From a virus: a DNA stretch of 64,000 nucleotides. Position numbers and translations under genes: made by a program. The notes under the pieces were generated by a model. It was not told where the DNA came from and did not search any database. It saw only the letters and a program-made list of their open reading frames with translations. The stretch covers positions 1-64,000 of IMG/VR virus record IMGVR_UViG_3300016644_000052, one strand, 5' to 3'. Positions 35,394 to 43,246 of this stretch are shown one piece after another; the stretch's first letter is position 1, and every line of letters starts with the position of its first letter.

Positions 35394-35550
35394 AGAGCAG
35401 TTCGAGGCTCTCGGTAACTGGATCGCCGCCTATATCCAGTTTTACCATGACCGCCGATCCACCGAAGTTGAGTGCAATAGAGCCATCTTGAAAGGTGCAG
35501 AAAACCATGCGCGGCAGCTTCTTGTCGCAGGAGACAGCCATGACCAGTGA
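35386..35550 (+). CDS. small hypothetical protein (54 aa)
   Basis: Preceded by GGAGACAGCC. The protein ends in AGDSHDQ. My own translation. Confidence 0.4.
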   Translation: MSEEQFEALGNWIAAYIQFYHDRRSTEVECNRAILKGAENHARQLLVAGDSHDQ

Positions 35551-35737
35551 ACCCAAACTTGAGCGGCTAAGCCAGTCCATTGAACGCGTCCGTTACCGCA
35601 TGACCCGCGAAGCGGTGCGCCGTGCAATGGAAGATTACATGGACAGCAAGCACGGCATCATTCTGCCCGATAATTGGACAACCGAAGATCAGGGCGATGG
35701 CGGCACCTTCATTGTCGCTGACTACATTACGGAGTGA
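35540..35737 (+). CDS. small hypothetical protein
   Basis: Preceded by GGAGACAGCC. Begins MTSEPK. Confidence 0.45.
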   Translation: MTSEPKLERLSQSIERVRYRMTREAVRRAMEDYMDSKHGIILPDNWTTEDQGDGGTFIVADYITE

Positions 35738-35742
35738 CAGCC

Positions 35743-36048
35743 ATGACCAGTGAACTACGCCCTGCGGTGGAAGTGGCAGAGGATTGTTGGGGAGCAGCGG
35801 AGTTTTGCAACATAGCAGAAGCCGCTGCCGTGATCGAAGCCGACCGTGAAGCAGTCCGCGCCGAGCAAGCTGCGGAGATTGAGCGCCTGACCCTGACCGT
35901 CAGAAAGTTGCAGGGCCACCAAGCTGCGCTGGAAAGCTATCTGCGCGAAATACGTGACAAGCCAGTGGCGCGGTCAAGCGACGCATGGAAGCGGCATTGT
36001 CTGAAACTACAAGCAATTGCCGCCGAAGCACTAGGAGATGTTGCATGA
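35743..36048 (+). CDS. small hypothetical protein
   Basis: Preceded by GGAGTGACAGCC. Begins MTSELR. Confidence 0.45.
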   Translation: MTSELRPAVEVAEDCWGAAEFCNIAEAAAVIEADREAVRAEQAAEIERLTLTVRKLQGHQAALESYLREIRDKPVARSSDAWKRHCLKLQAIAAEALGDVA

Positions 36049-36305
36049 AAAACAACGACTGGCATGAAGCCTATTTCGATCTGGTCAACAAGGTTGAGTG
36101 TGAATGTGTTCAACAGGGCGACTTGGTTTCAATCTGGGATCAGTTCAAAGCAATGTCTGCCGAAATCGCCAAGTTCAAGGCGCTGGCTGAGACGCTGGCG
36201 GGGGCTTTGGAAGCTGGAACTAGGTTTATGTCACCCAGTGCAACCGTATGGCATCGTGAAGCCGCCAAAGCCCTGCGCGAATACAAGGAAGCTACCAATG
36301 TTTGA
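36045..36305 (+). CDS. small hypothetical protein
   Basis: ATGA overlap with the upstream stop. Confidence 0.45.
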   Translation: MKNNDWHEAYFDLVNKVECECVQQGDLVSIWDQFKAMSAEIAKFKALAETLAGALEAGTRFMSPSATVWHREAAKALREYKEATNV

Positions 36306-36495
36306 CAATTTCCAGTGGCCGCTAGGCACCCGCGTAACCAAGACCAAAGGCAGTCAATGGACCGGCAAGGTCGTTGGCTTTTATTCCACTAGCCTGACCG
36401 CTGAAGGCTATGCCGTAGAGAGCGAAACCGAGCGTGGCTCAGTGCAGATCTACCCAGTAGCAGCCCTTAAGGAGCTGGACGATGCAAACCTATGA
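36298..36495 (+). CDS. dfrB: type II (R67/DfrB-like) dihydrofolate reductase
   Basis: The 65-aa product is [65 protein letters not shown]. It aligns over about 55 residues with R67 DHFR as I remember it (..[49 protein letters not shown]..), including the SVQIY active-site strand. Confidence 0.75.
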   Translation: MFDNFQWPLGTRVTKTKGSQWTGKVVGFYSTSLTAEGYAVESETERGSVQIYPVAALKELDDANL

Positions 36496-36712
36496 TCCAG
36501 CTCTGCTTCAGCAAAGCCTTCACAACGCTCAGGCTGATGTCACCGCTGCCTGTGAACGGATCCTTCAGCTTGAAAGCTGCCTAGATGACTTCATGAACTG
36601 GGCAGGAGCATTGGCCCTTACCGGCATTCCTACTCCGGAATCCTGGACCTTGCTTAACAAGGTCATGACCAATGCCACGCTGCTACTCACACCGTCCCGA
36701 CAAACTCCTTAA
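36482..36712 (+). CDS. small hypothetical protein
   Basis: 76-aa track ORF. Confidence 0.45.
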   Translation: MQTYDPALLQQSLHNAQADVTAACERILQLESCLDDFMNWAGALALTGIPTPESWTLLNKVMTNATLLLTPSRQTP

Positions 36713-36866
36713 GTGTCGGTTCGTATTGTGCCCTGATCCAAGACCTCTAAATGGCCACCCCACTGCGGCGCTAGACGGCTAACGTGGGGTCCGGGCCTGC
36801 GTGGTACGAGACAAGGGAGCTAAAATTCCTGCGCCGCAGACTTACCAATAACTGACAGGCTTTTTC

Positions 36867-36895
36867 GGCTCCTTGGCTCACCAAGGGGCCTTTTT
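36867..36895 (+). terminator. rho-independent terminator
   Basis: GGCTCCTTGG-CTCA-CCAAGGGGCC followed by TTTTT. Confidence 0.7.
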
Positions 36896-36917
36896 CATAT
36901 CCACCACAGGACCTGCT

Positions 36918-37145
36918 ATGCCACTCTCGGAAGTATTCCGGGCCAACTTGCGTGCGGCTATCAAGGCACACCCGTTGCCGACCAAGGCTATCAGCCACAA
37001 GGCCGGCTACAACTACGCCTACGTGCGCAAAGTCATGTCCGGCTCCAAAACCAATCCCACCCTGCAATTCGTCGAAGCCCTGGCTCAAGTCTTGGGCGTC
37101 ACTGCGACAGACTTGCTGACCAGCAATGGATCCAATCATGCCTGA
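36918..37145 (+). CDS. XRE/Cro-CI family helix-turn-helix regulator
   Basis: ATG at 36918. LRAAIKAHPLPTKAISHKAGYNYAYVRKVMSGSKTNPTLQFVEALAQVLGVTATDLL fits the HTH_3 pattern. Confidence 0.6.
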   Translation: MPLSEVFRANLRAAIKAHPLPTKAISHKAGYNYAYVRKVMSGSKTNPTLQFVEALAQVLGVTATDLLTSNGSNHA

Positions 37146-37359
37146 CTATGTCATTCTCTCAATCGATAACTGCGCCTTCTGCGACAAAGCCAAGGCTGCT
37201 CTCAATAAGCACGGCATTTCCTATGCCGAGATCAACTGCGCCGATGAGCCAGAGGTCGCCATGCTGCTTGGCAAAGTAGGCCGCACCACGTTTCCCTTGG
37301 TTCTCCGCGTCGTCGGTGGCTTCACCGAACTCGACGCTCAGCTCCAGCAAGCCGGATAG
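37138..37359 (+). CDS. glutaredoxin/NrdH-like redoxin
   Basis: CAFC active-site motif near the N-terminus, TFPLV, and a size typical of the family. The start could also be 37126. Confidence 0.7.
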   Translation: MPDYVILSIDNCAFCDKAKAALNKHGISYAEINCADEPEVAMLLGKVGRTTFPLVLRVVGGFTELDAQLQQAG

Positions 37360-37363
37360 ACCC

Positions 37364-37723
37364 ATGATCTTCTACCTTGCCACCGATGAGCGAGGATTTC
37401 GCCAGCTGCGCAAGACCCAGGACGAAGCCCGCAAGATCAACAAGGACTACACCAAGATAGACATCCCCACGGATGCTACCGGCCTCATGGCCGCTATCCA
37501 GGAACTCCTAACCATCGCTGACGCAGCAATTTTGAACCAAGGCAGCCCAGCAGCGAAGCCAATCCCTGCTCCGGCACCAGCCCCAGCTCCGCCCAAGCAG
37601 CAAAGTTATTCTGAACGCTCTGTCCAGATCGACGAGCTGTTCATGCACTTGCCGCTACCGCACCAGCTTTCTCTGGCTGCCGTCGCACTTGAGACGGCAC
37701 GCAGTCATCTCAAGCCGCAATAA
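37364..37723 (+). CDS. hypothetical protein with an (AP)n linker
   Basis: ATG at 37364 in track ORF 37316-37723. Confidence 0.45.
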   Translation: MIFYLATDERGFRQLRKTQDEARKINKDYTKIDIPTDATGLMAAIQELLTIADAAILNQGSPAAKPIPAPAPAPAPPKQQSYSERSVQIDELFMHLPLPHQLSLAAVALETARSHLKPQ

Positions 37724-37803
37724 CTGACCAAATCACCACCATCACAGAGCCTCGCTTCCACCCGGAAGCGGGGCTTTTTGCATTTGCAGGAACCATCATC
37801 ACC

Positions 37804-38847
37804 ATGTCCCACGATCTCTATCGCTGCACGCCGCGGCAGACCCGTGAATTCATCACTGACGCTCTCTATGCTGGCCTGGTTCCCATGGTCGTGTCTTCGC
37901 CTGGCACCGGCAAGTCCAGCATTTACCGTCAGGTCGCCAATGACCTCAATCTTAAGCTGATCGATCACCGGCTTAGCACTTCGGCCCCGGAAGACCTGTC
38001 TGGTCTGCCGCGGTTCTATACCGACGAAGACGGCATCGAACGTGCTCAGTTCGTGCCGTTTGATTTCCTCCCGATCGAAGGCACCAAGCTGCCTAAGGAC
38101 AAGGATGGCTGGCTGATCTTCTTCGACGAGTTCAACTCGGCGCCCAAGCAGGTCGAAGCTGCTGCTTACAAGACCGTGCTGGACCGCATGACCGGCCAGG
38201 AACGACTGCATAAGCGTGTCGCCATGGGCGGTGCTGGTAACCTCAGCACGGACCGGGCCATCGTCAACAACCTCAGCACGGCAATGCAAAGCCGTCTCGT
38301 CCACATCGAGATGTATACTGTCTTCAAGGAATGGCTCGAAGATGTCGCCATTGCTCACGGCTACGATTACCGGATCAAGGCGTTTCTGAGCTACAAGGAA
38401 CAGTACCTGATGGACTTCCGTCCGGATCACCACGAGAAGACCTTTTGTTGCCCTCGCACCTGGGAGTTCATGGACCGTCTCATCCGTGGCCGTGAAGTCT
38501 CTGAAAAGAAGACAGCACTTTATGCTGGCACAATCACCAGCGGTGTTGCTGCCGAGTTCGTCACCTTCTGCCAGATCTACGGCAAGATCCCGACTCTGAA
38601 GGAAGTCCTGGCGGATCCACTGGGCACCCCAGTTCCGCACCAGACCGACATGAAGTGGGCGATCATTTCGAGCCTGATGGACAAGGTCGACGAGCACAAC
38701 TTCACTGACCTAGCCAAGTACATCAACCGCTTTGAAGGTTCGATGCGGATCCTGTTCTATCGCAACTTGGCTCAGAATCTGACGCTCAAGCAGCATCCGG
38801 CTTACCGCGATGCTCTGCTGGAACTGTCCAAGTATCTCCACGACTAA
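37804..38847 (+). CDS. MoxR-like AAA+ ATPase
   Basis: Walker A SSPGTGKSS and Walker B LIFFDEFN. Paired with the downstream vWA gene, as in N4-like phages. Confidence 0.8.
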   Translation: MSHDLYRCTPRQTREFITDALYAGLVPMVVSSPGTGKSSIYRQVANDLNLKLIDHRLSTSAPEDLSGLPRFYTDEDGIERAQFVPFDFLPIEGTKLPKDKDGWLIFFDEFNSAPKQVEAAAYKTVLDRMTGQERLHKRVAMGGAGNLSTDRAIVNNLSTAMQSRLVHIEMYTVFKEWLEDVAIAHGYDYRIKAFLSYKEQYLMDFRPDHHEKTFCCPRTWEFMDRLIRGREVSEKKTALYAGTITSGVAAEFVTFCQIYGKIPTLKEVLADPLGTPVPHQTDMKWAIISSLMDKVDEHNFTDLAKYINRFEGSMRILFYRNLAQNLTLKQHPAYRDALLELSKYLHD

Positions 38848-38864
38848 ACTCAAAGGAACAGCTC

Positions 38865-40001
38865 ATGGAAATCATCACCGATGATCCAGAGCTGGACTTC
38901 TATACCCTCAACCGTGAACTTGATCGAGCCAAGTCCCAGGTATTTCTCGGCAAATCTGCCGCGTTCCTGGGACCGCTCATGTGCAGTCTCGACTTTGTCT
39001 GGACTCGCTCGATCGAAACTGCGGCTACGGATGGAGTCCGGTTCTACTGGAATCCTGCGGACTTCCTGCGCTGCTGCGCCGAAGAACGCAAAAGCACTAT
39101 CCTGCATGAGCTGTGGCACGTTGCCCGGCTGCACATGCTGCGCCGGGGAGATCGTTGCCCGCAGATCTGGAACGTCGCTTGCGACGTTAAGATCAACCGC
39201 GATGATCTTAAGAACCAAGGCTATTTCATTGGCCCGGACTGGATTAACCGGCCTGACATCACCCTCGACATGGAAGAGGACATCTACGATCTCCTTGCCA
39301 AGCCAGGCAGTCCCAAGCTGCCCGATCAATTCCATTTCAAGGACGACATGCTGCCGATGGATCCAACCACGCAGCAAAAGGCCGTCAACAACGTCGTCAG
39401 GGCCATGACTGCGGCCAAGATGGCCGACAAGGCCGGGGACATTCCCGGCGATGTCGAGCAGGTCATCTCCAAGTTCCTGACTCCAATCATTCCCTGGCAT
39501 GTCCAGCTGCAACGCTGGTTCACAGATATGATCCACTCAGGCTGGACCTTCCGTAAGCCCAACCGGCGCTATCACCACATGTACCTGCCTTCGATCGACG
39601 AAGAAGAAGGCCGGCTAGATCACATCATCGTTTACGAGGATGTTTCTGGCTCGGTCAACGACGACGAAACGCTGCGTTTCAACAGCGAAGTCAAGTACAT
39701 CAAGGACACTTTCAATCCCAAGAAACTGACTCTGGTGCAGTTTGATACCCGTATCACCAAAGAGGTAACCCTGACCGAAGATCAGCCATTCGAAGAAGTG
39801 GTAATAGTGGGCAGGGGAGGGACCTGCCTTCGTCCGGTGCGTGAGCACATGATGAAGCATAGACCCACGGCGGCTATCGTCTTCTCAGACCTCTACGTCG
39901 AGCCAATGGAACCAGGACCAACCAACCCGATCATCTGGGTAGTGGTCAACAACAAGAACGCCGAAGTTCCCTTTGGCAGGAAAATACACATCAATGTGTA
40001 G
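38865..40001 (+). CDS. vWA-domain protein with an N-terminal putative metallopeptidase domain (DUF2201-like)
   Basis: ILHELWHV motif and a C-terminal DVSGS MIDAS-like motif. Confidence 0.75.
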   Translation: MEIITDDPELDFYTLNRELDRAKSQVFLGKSAAFLGPLMCSLDFVWTRSIETAATDGVRFYWNPADFLRCCAEERKSTILHELWHVARLHMLRRGDRCPQIWNVACDVKINRDDLKNQGYFIGPDWINRPDITLDMEEDIYDLLAKPGSPKLPDQFHFKDDMLPMDPTTQQKAVNNVVRAMTAAKMADKAGDIPGDVEQVISKFLTPIIPWHVQLQRWFTDMIHSGWTFRKPNRRYHHMYLPSIDEEEGRLDHIIVYEDVSGSVNDDETLRFNSEVKYIKDTFNPKKLTLVQFDTRITKEVTLTEDQPFEEVVIVGRGGTCLRPVREHMMKHRPTAAIVFSDLYVEPMEPGPTNPIIWVVVNNKNAEVPFGRKIHINV

Positions 40002-40012
40002 AAAATGAAAAA

Positions 40013-40042
40013 CCCCGGAGCTATGCTCCGGGGGCTTTTCTT
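40013..40042 (+). terminator. rho-independent terminator
   Basis: CCCCGGAGC-TAT-GCTCCGGGG followed by GCTTTTCTT. Confidence 0.8.
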
Positions 40043-40191
40043 ATTCAGAGATCATGTACTTCGCTACGTTGTATATGATCCACCATATGGTTGTGGGTTC
40101 CATGTTACCATCCTCGATTGTGTGTTTTGGGAGTTATCGCCTCGGCGATGCACCATCTATACTTTAGGCTTACTTTAGACGCAAGCTTAAA

Positions 40192-40524
40192 ATGGAGAAA
40201 AGCACTATGAGCACTCAACCTCTTACTCGCAACAACCCCCAGAGCTGGCTCGACACCATCTGGGATGCTCTTGGCGGCTACCGCGAAGACTGCATCCCTG
40301 AATCCGAAGGCGACCCAATCTATGACGCCCTGTGGGACGACATCTGCACCGCCATGGCCTGGATCAGCGAAGAACTGGGCATCGACTCTGCTGAATCGGA
40401 ATCCATGCACAGCATTCTAGACCTGCTCAGGCGCTTGGCTCACCCGCTCAACGAAGCTGAACTCCACATTGCGCAGCAAGAAGCCAAAGATCTGATCTCT
40501 CAATTCAATGGAGATAATCCATGA
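40192..40524 (+). CDS. hypothetical acidic protein
   Basis: 110-aa track ORF. The start may instead be 40207. Confidence 0.5.
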   Translation: MEKSTMSTQPLTRNNPQSWLDTIWDALGGYREDCIPESEGDPIYDALWDDICTAMAWISEELGIDSAESESMHSILDLLRRLAHPLNEAELHIAQQEAKDLISQFNGDNP

Positions 40525-41051
40525 GCGTCGTCAACGGAGCAAACCTGTTCCAGTTGGCTCCTATTGCCAACATGCTCCCCACCAAGGAACGCAACCACGG
40601 CGTCAGCCATGGCTTGGCCGAAGCAGGTTATGACATCCGCATCAAGCAGACTGTTCGTTTTGCGCCTCAAACACCTGACTACGTTAATTGTGTTCATTGG
40701 GTAATTGAGCCGGGAGACGAACACACTCAGTGTGTACTCCCATACCGGCCAGGTCGCTTCACTCTCGCATCTGCGATTGAAGAGTTTACTATGCCAGAGA
40801 ACCTAGTCGGCATTGTTCACGACAAGTCGACTTGGGCCAGACAAGGTCTGTCAGTATTCAACACCGTAATCGAGCCAGGCTGGAAAGGTTTCCTTACCCT
40901 AGAACTGGTCTATCACGGCAATAAACCTTTAACAATTCCAGCAGGCGCCGGAATTGCCCAGGTTCTGTTCCACCGGCTCGACAGCTTCGCCTCATACACC
41001 GGCAAGTACCAAGACCAGGCTGATGAGCCTGTCGCCTCAATCTTCACTTGA
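40521..41051 (+). CDS. dcd: dCTP deaminase family protein
   Basis: GYDIRI, KSTWARQGLSVFNTVIEPGWKGFLTLELVYHG and YTGKYQDQ. Confidence 0.8.
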   Translation: MSVVNGANLFQLAPIANMLPTKERNHGVSHGLAEAGYDIRIKQTVRFAPQTPDYVNCVHWVIEPGDEHTQCVLPYRPGRFTLASAIEEFTMPENLVGIVHDKSTWARQGLSVFNTVIEPGWKGFLTLELVYHGNKPLTIPAGAGIAQVLFHRLDSFASYTGKYQDQADEPVASIFT

Positions 41052-41068
41052 TATAAAAAGGAGCACGT

Positions 41069-41425
41069 ATGAACATTCATACCAGCTTGCCTGCCCCCTT
41101 TTCAGTCTCCCAGCTGGCTCACCGCTGGGGCTGCTCGGAAGGATTGATCCGTAAACTCATCCGAGAAGGGCGGCTGCAATGTTTTCGTCCCGGAACTCTG
41201 ATCCGGATCGCAGTCTCGGAAGTGGAACGCTACGAATGCCAAAACATGCAGACGAATATTCCGTCCAGCGATTCCGCGGCGGATTTGCCATCGTCTGGCA
41301 AGAACCAGATGGAACAGGCAATCGAGTCCGCCGTCGCCGTCAGCTTGCCTCGGAAGATCGGGCGAGCGCCGAAGCGGAAGCCCGTCAACTTTGGGAAGGA
41401 ACGGATCCTGCCGCCTGGACCGTAG
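41069..41425 (+). CDS. excisionase/AlpA-like helix-turn-helix protein
   Basis: FSVSQLAHRWGCSEGLIRKLIREGRLQCFRPGTLIRIAVSEVERY fits the family. The last 60 or so codons overlap the integrase frame, so the true C-terminus is unclear. Confidence 0.5.
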   Translation: MNIHTSLPAPFSVSQLAHRWGCSEGLIRKLIREGRLQCFRPGTLIRIAVSEVERYECQNMQTNIPSSDSAADLPSSGKNQMEQAIESAVAVSLPRKIGRAPKRKPVNFGKERILPPGP

Positions 41426-42237
41426 GCAAGATCATGCGGGCCTACATGGACACGCTGACCCACAAGCCATCATACCCCCGCCGCAAAGACGCATGGAAAG
41501 CCATGCAGATCTACTGGGAAAACGTCGATCCAGCCCTGATCGACGAACCCATGTGCCGGCAGTACCGGGAACGACGTAAAGTCAGCGATGCCACGGCCCG
41601 CTACGAGCTGCTGCAACTATCCACTGCGCTCAACTGGGCCAGAACCAATGGCCCCAAACTTTCCTACAAGCGGACCATCTGGCTCCCATCCACGCCTGAA
41701 CGCAAAGAGCGTCACCTTACGCGGGAAGAATTTCACCGTTTCTTTGCCGAAGTAAGGGCAGACCATGCCCGGCTCTATGTTATGATCGGAATCTACACCC
41801 TGGCCCGGCCAGGGGCGATTCTCGAACTGACCTGGGACCGGGTCGATTTCATGCGCCGCCTGATCGATTTCAGTCCAGCGGGACGAATCGGTACACGCAA
41901 GCGGCGCACTGTCACTCCGATCAGCGACAATCTCCTGCCTCATCTCCAGCGAGCGTTCGAAGCTCGCACTTCACAATTCGTGATCGAGCATGGCGGCGAA
42001 CCCCTCAAGAGCATCAAGAAAGCCTTCGAGGCGGCCAGCAAGAGGAGCGCTGTCCACGCAACCCCCTATACGCTGCGTCATACCGGCGCTGTTTGGGCTG
42101 CCGAAGCAGGCGTTCCCATGGCGGAACTCGCTCAATTCATGGGACATGATGACGATCGGACGACTCAAAAACACTATGCCCGCTTCAGCCCGAATTATCT
42201 GTCGGGCGTAGCCAATGCCATCGGTGCAGTGGCCTGA
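41236..42237 (+). CDS. int: tyrosine recombinase / phage integrase
   Basis: Arm-binding-like N-terminus (YSVQRFRGGFAIVW). Catalytic elements ARPGAILELTWDRVDF, HTLRHTGAVW and GHDDDRTTQKHY. Confidence 0.85.
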   Translation: MPKHADEYSVQRFRGGFAIVWQEPDGTGNRVRRRRQLASEDRASAEAEARQLWEGTDPAAWTVGKIMRAYMDTLTHKPSYPRRKDAWKAMQIYWENVDPALIDEPMCRQYRERRKVSDATARYELLQLSTALNWARTNGPKLSYKRTIWLPSTPERKERHLTREEFHRFFAEVRADHARLYVMIGIYTLARPGAILELTWDRVDFMRRLIDFSPAGRIGTRKRRTVTPISDNLLPHLQRAFEARTSQFVIEHGGEPLKSIKKAFEAASKRSAVHATPYTLRHTGAVWAAEAGVPMAELAQFMGHDDDRTTQKHYARFSPNYLSGVANAIGAVA

Positions 42238-42304
42238 GGTTCACGTTGAACCTTGGGCCACTGTTTTTTTAGTCAGTAAATGTGGTCTAAGTCATTGAAA
42301 AGAT

Positions 42305-42350
42305 TGGTCGGGGAAAGAGGATTCGAACCTCCGGCCCCTGCCTCCCGAAG
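42305..42350 (-). other. attP-like core: 3' half of a tRNA-Pro(CGG), from the anticodon loop to CCA
   Basis: The reverse complement reads TTCGGGAGGCAGGGGCCGGAGGTTCGAATCCTCTTTCCCCGACCA. There is no matching 5' acceptor or D-arm upstream. It lies 68 nt downstream of the integrase stop. Confidence 0.7.
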
Positions 42351-42789
42351 ACGCTTCTCCGGGCCGAATACCGCAGATTTCCGTGGTACGGTCCTCGTCT
42401 TTCGTGGCTTTTGGCACCCTTTGTTCCGTCCTTGTTCCGGTCCAAGGTTCAAGGCGAACCTTGAACCCCTGTCTGTTTCGGCTTCGCCGTTAGCAACCAC
42501 CCCTGGCTCTGACAACCAGGACCGGATGGTCAGCCATGCCTGGGCAGGGCGTGCAAAACTATTGCTCTCATTCTGGAAGTAACTAGCAAGTAAAACGTCA
42601 CTCACCTTTGAGATAAAAAGAATTAATCCCCCTGTTTTCTGATTCAATAGTTCTGTTCATCTCTTGTTCTCGTTAACCATTAGAGTTATTATGTTAAGCA
42701 GACGGGAAGAAAAGCCCCTGCATTAGTGGCCTAATTCCCGATCTGTGTCGCACAACTAGAATTGTCTTCAGACAATCGGGGGTCAACTA

Positions 42790-43101
42790 ATGCCTATCCC
42801 AGTTGCACAACTTGTCGAACAAGCCGCAGATCTATTCAATGTTCCGACCAAGGACATTCTCTCGCCTTCTCGTCTCCAAGAGCACGTTCGTCCGCGTGGA
42901 GCCATTGCCCTCGCTGCTTTGCTCAGTGGCCGTGGCCAGGTCGACATTGCCCGTCGGCTCCAGCGCAAATGTCACAGCTCGATCCATTCGCTCATCAAGA
43001 GCACCCGTCAGCGGATCGAAGCCAATGCTGATTACCGAGCCAAGGTCGAAGCACTGATTGCAACCGCTACCGACTGGAACAGCAAATACGCCATCCAATG
43101 A
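42790..43101 (+). CDS. DnaA domain IV-like (Bac_DnaA_C) helix-turn-helix protein
   Basis: SRLQEHVRPRGAIALAALLSGRGQVDIARRLQRKCHSSIHSLIKSTRQRIE parallels E. coli DnaA [47 protein letters not shown]. Confidence 0.65.
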   Translation: MPIPVAQLVEQAADLFNVPTKDILSPSRLQEHVRPRGAIALAALLSGRGQVDIARRLQRKCHSSIHSLIKSTRQRIEANADYRAKVEALIATATDWNSKYAIQ

Positions 43102-43246
43102 CGATCCTTGTTTGGGTCTCAGTACATGTCTGAGAGCCTGGGTAACTCGCCCTTCGAAACGAGGAACGCCGGATGGTTCGGCATCGACGGGGGAGGGATC
43201 AGCTATCTCTCCCCCCAAACATAAGAAACTCAGGGGTCTTTTCGCC

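Noticed and set aside
37705-39536. Minus-strand ORFs 37705-38697 and 38850-39536.
   Set aside because: They are antisense to the AAA ATPase and vWA genes. No motifs, and shadow-like composition.
40041-40103. 20-codon minus-strand ORF (MEPTTIWWIIYNVAKYMISE) with a strong GAGGATGG RBS, between two plus-strand operons.
   Set aside because: It is too short to support without expression data. It could be a small hydrophobic peptide gene, but the evidence is only an RBS-like motif.
42305-42395. Possible complete phage-encoded tRNA-Pro gene.
   Set aside because: Only the anticodon loop, variable loop, T-arm, acceptor 3' strand and CCA are present. The upstream sequence cannot form the acceptor 5' strand, the D-arm or the anticodon stem. 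It is therefore treated as an att core; tRNAscan should confirm this.
42273-42647. ORFs 42273-42647 (-) and 42280-42582 (+).
   Set aside because: They run through the tRNA-derived sequence and the repeat-rich att region. The products are Pro/Arg/Gly-rich nonsense.
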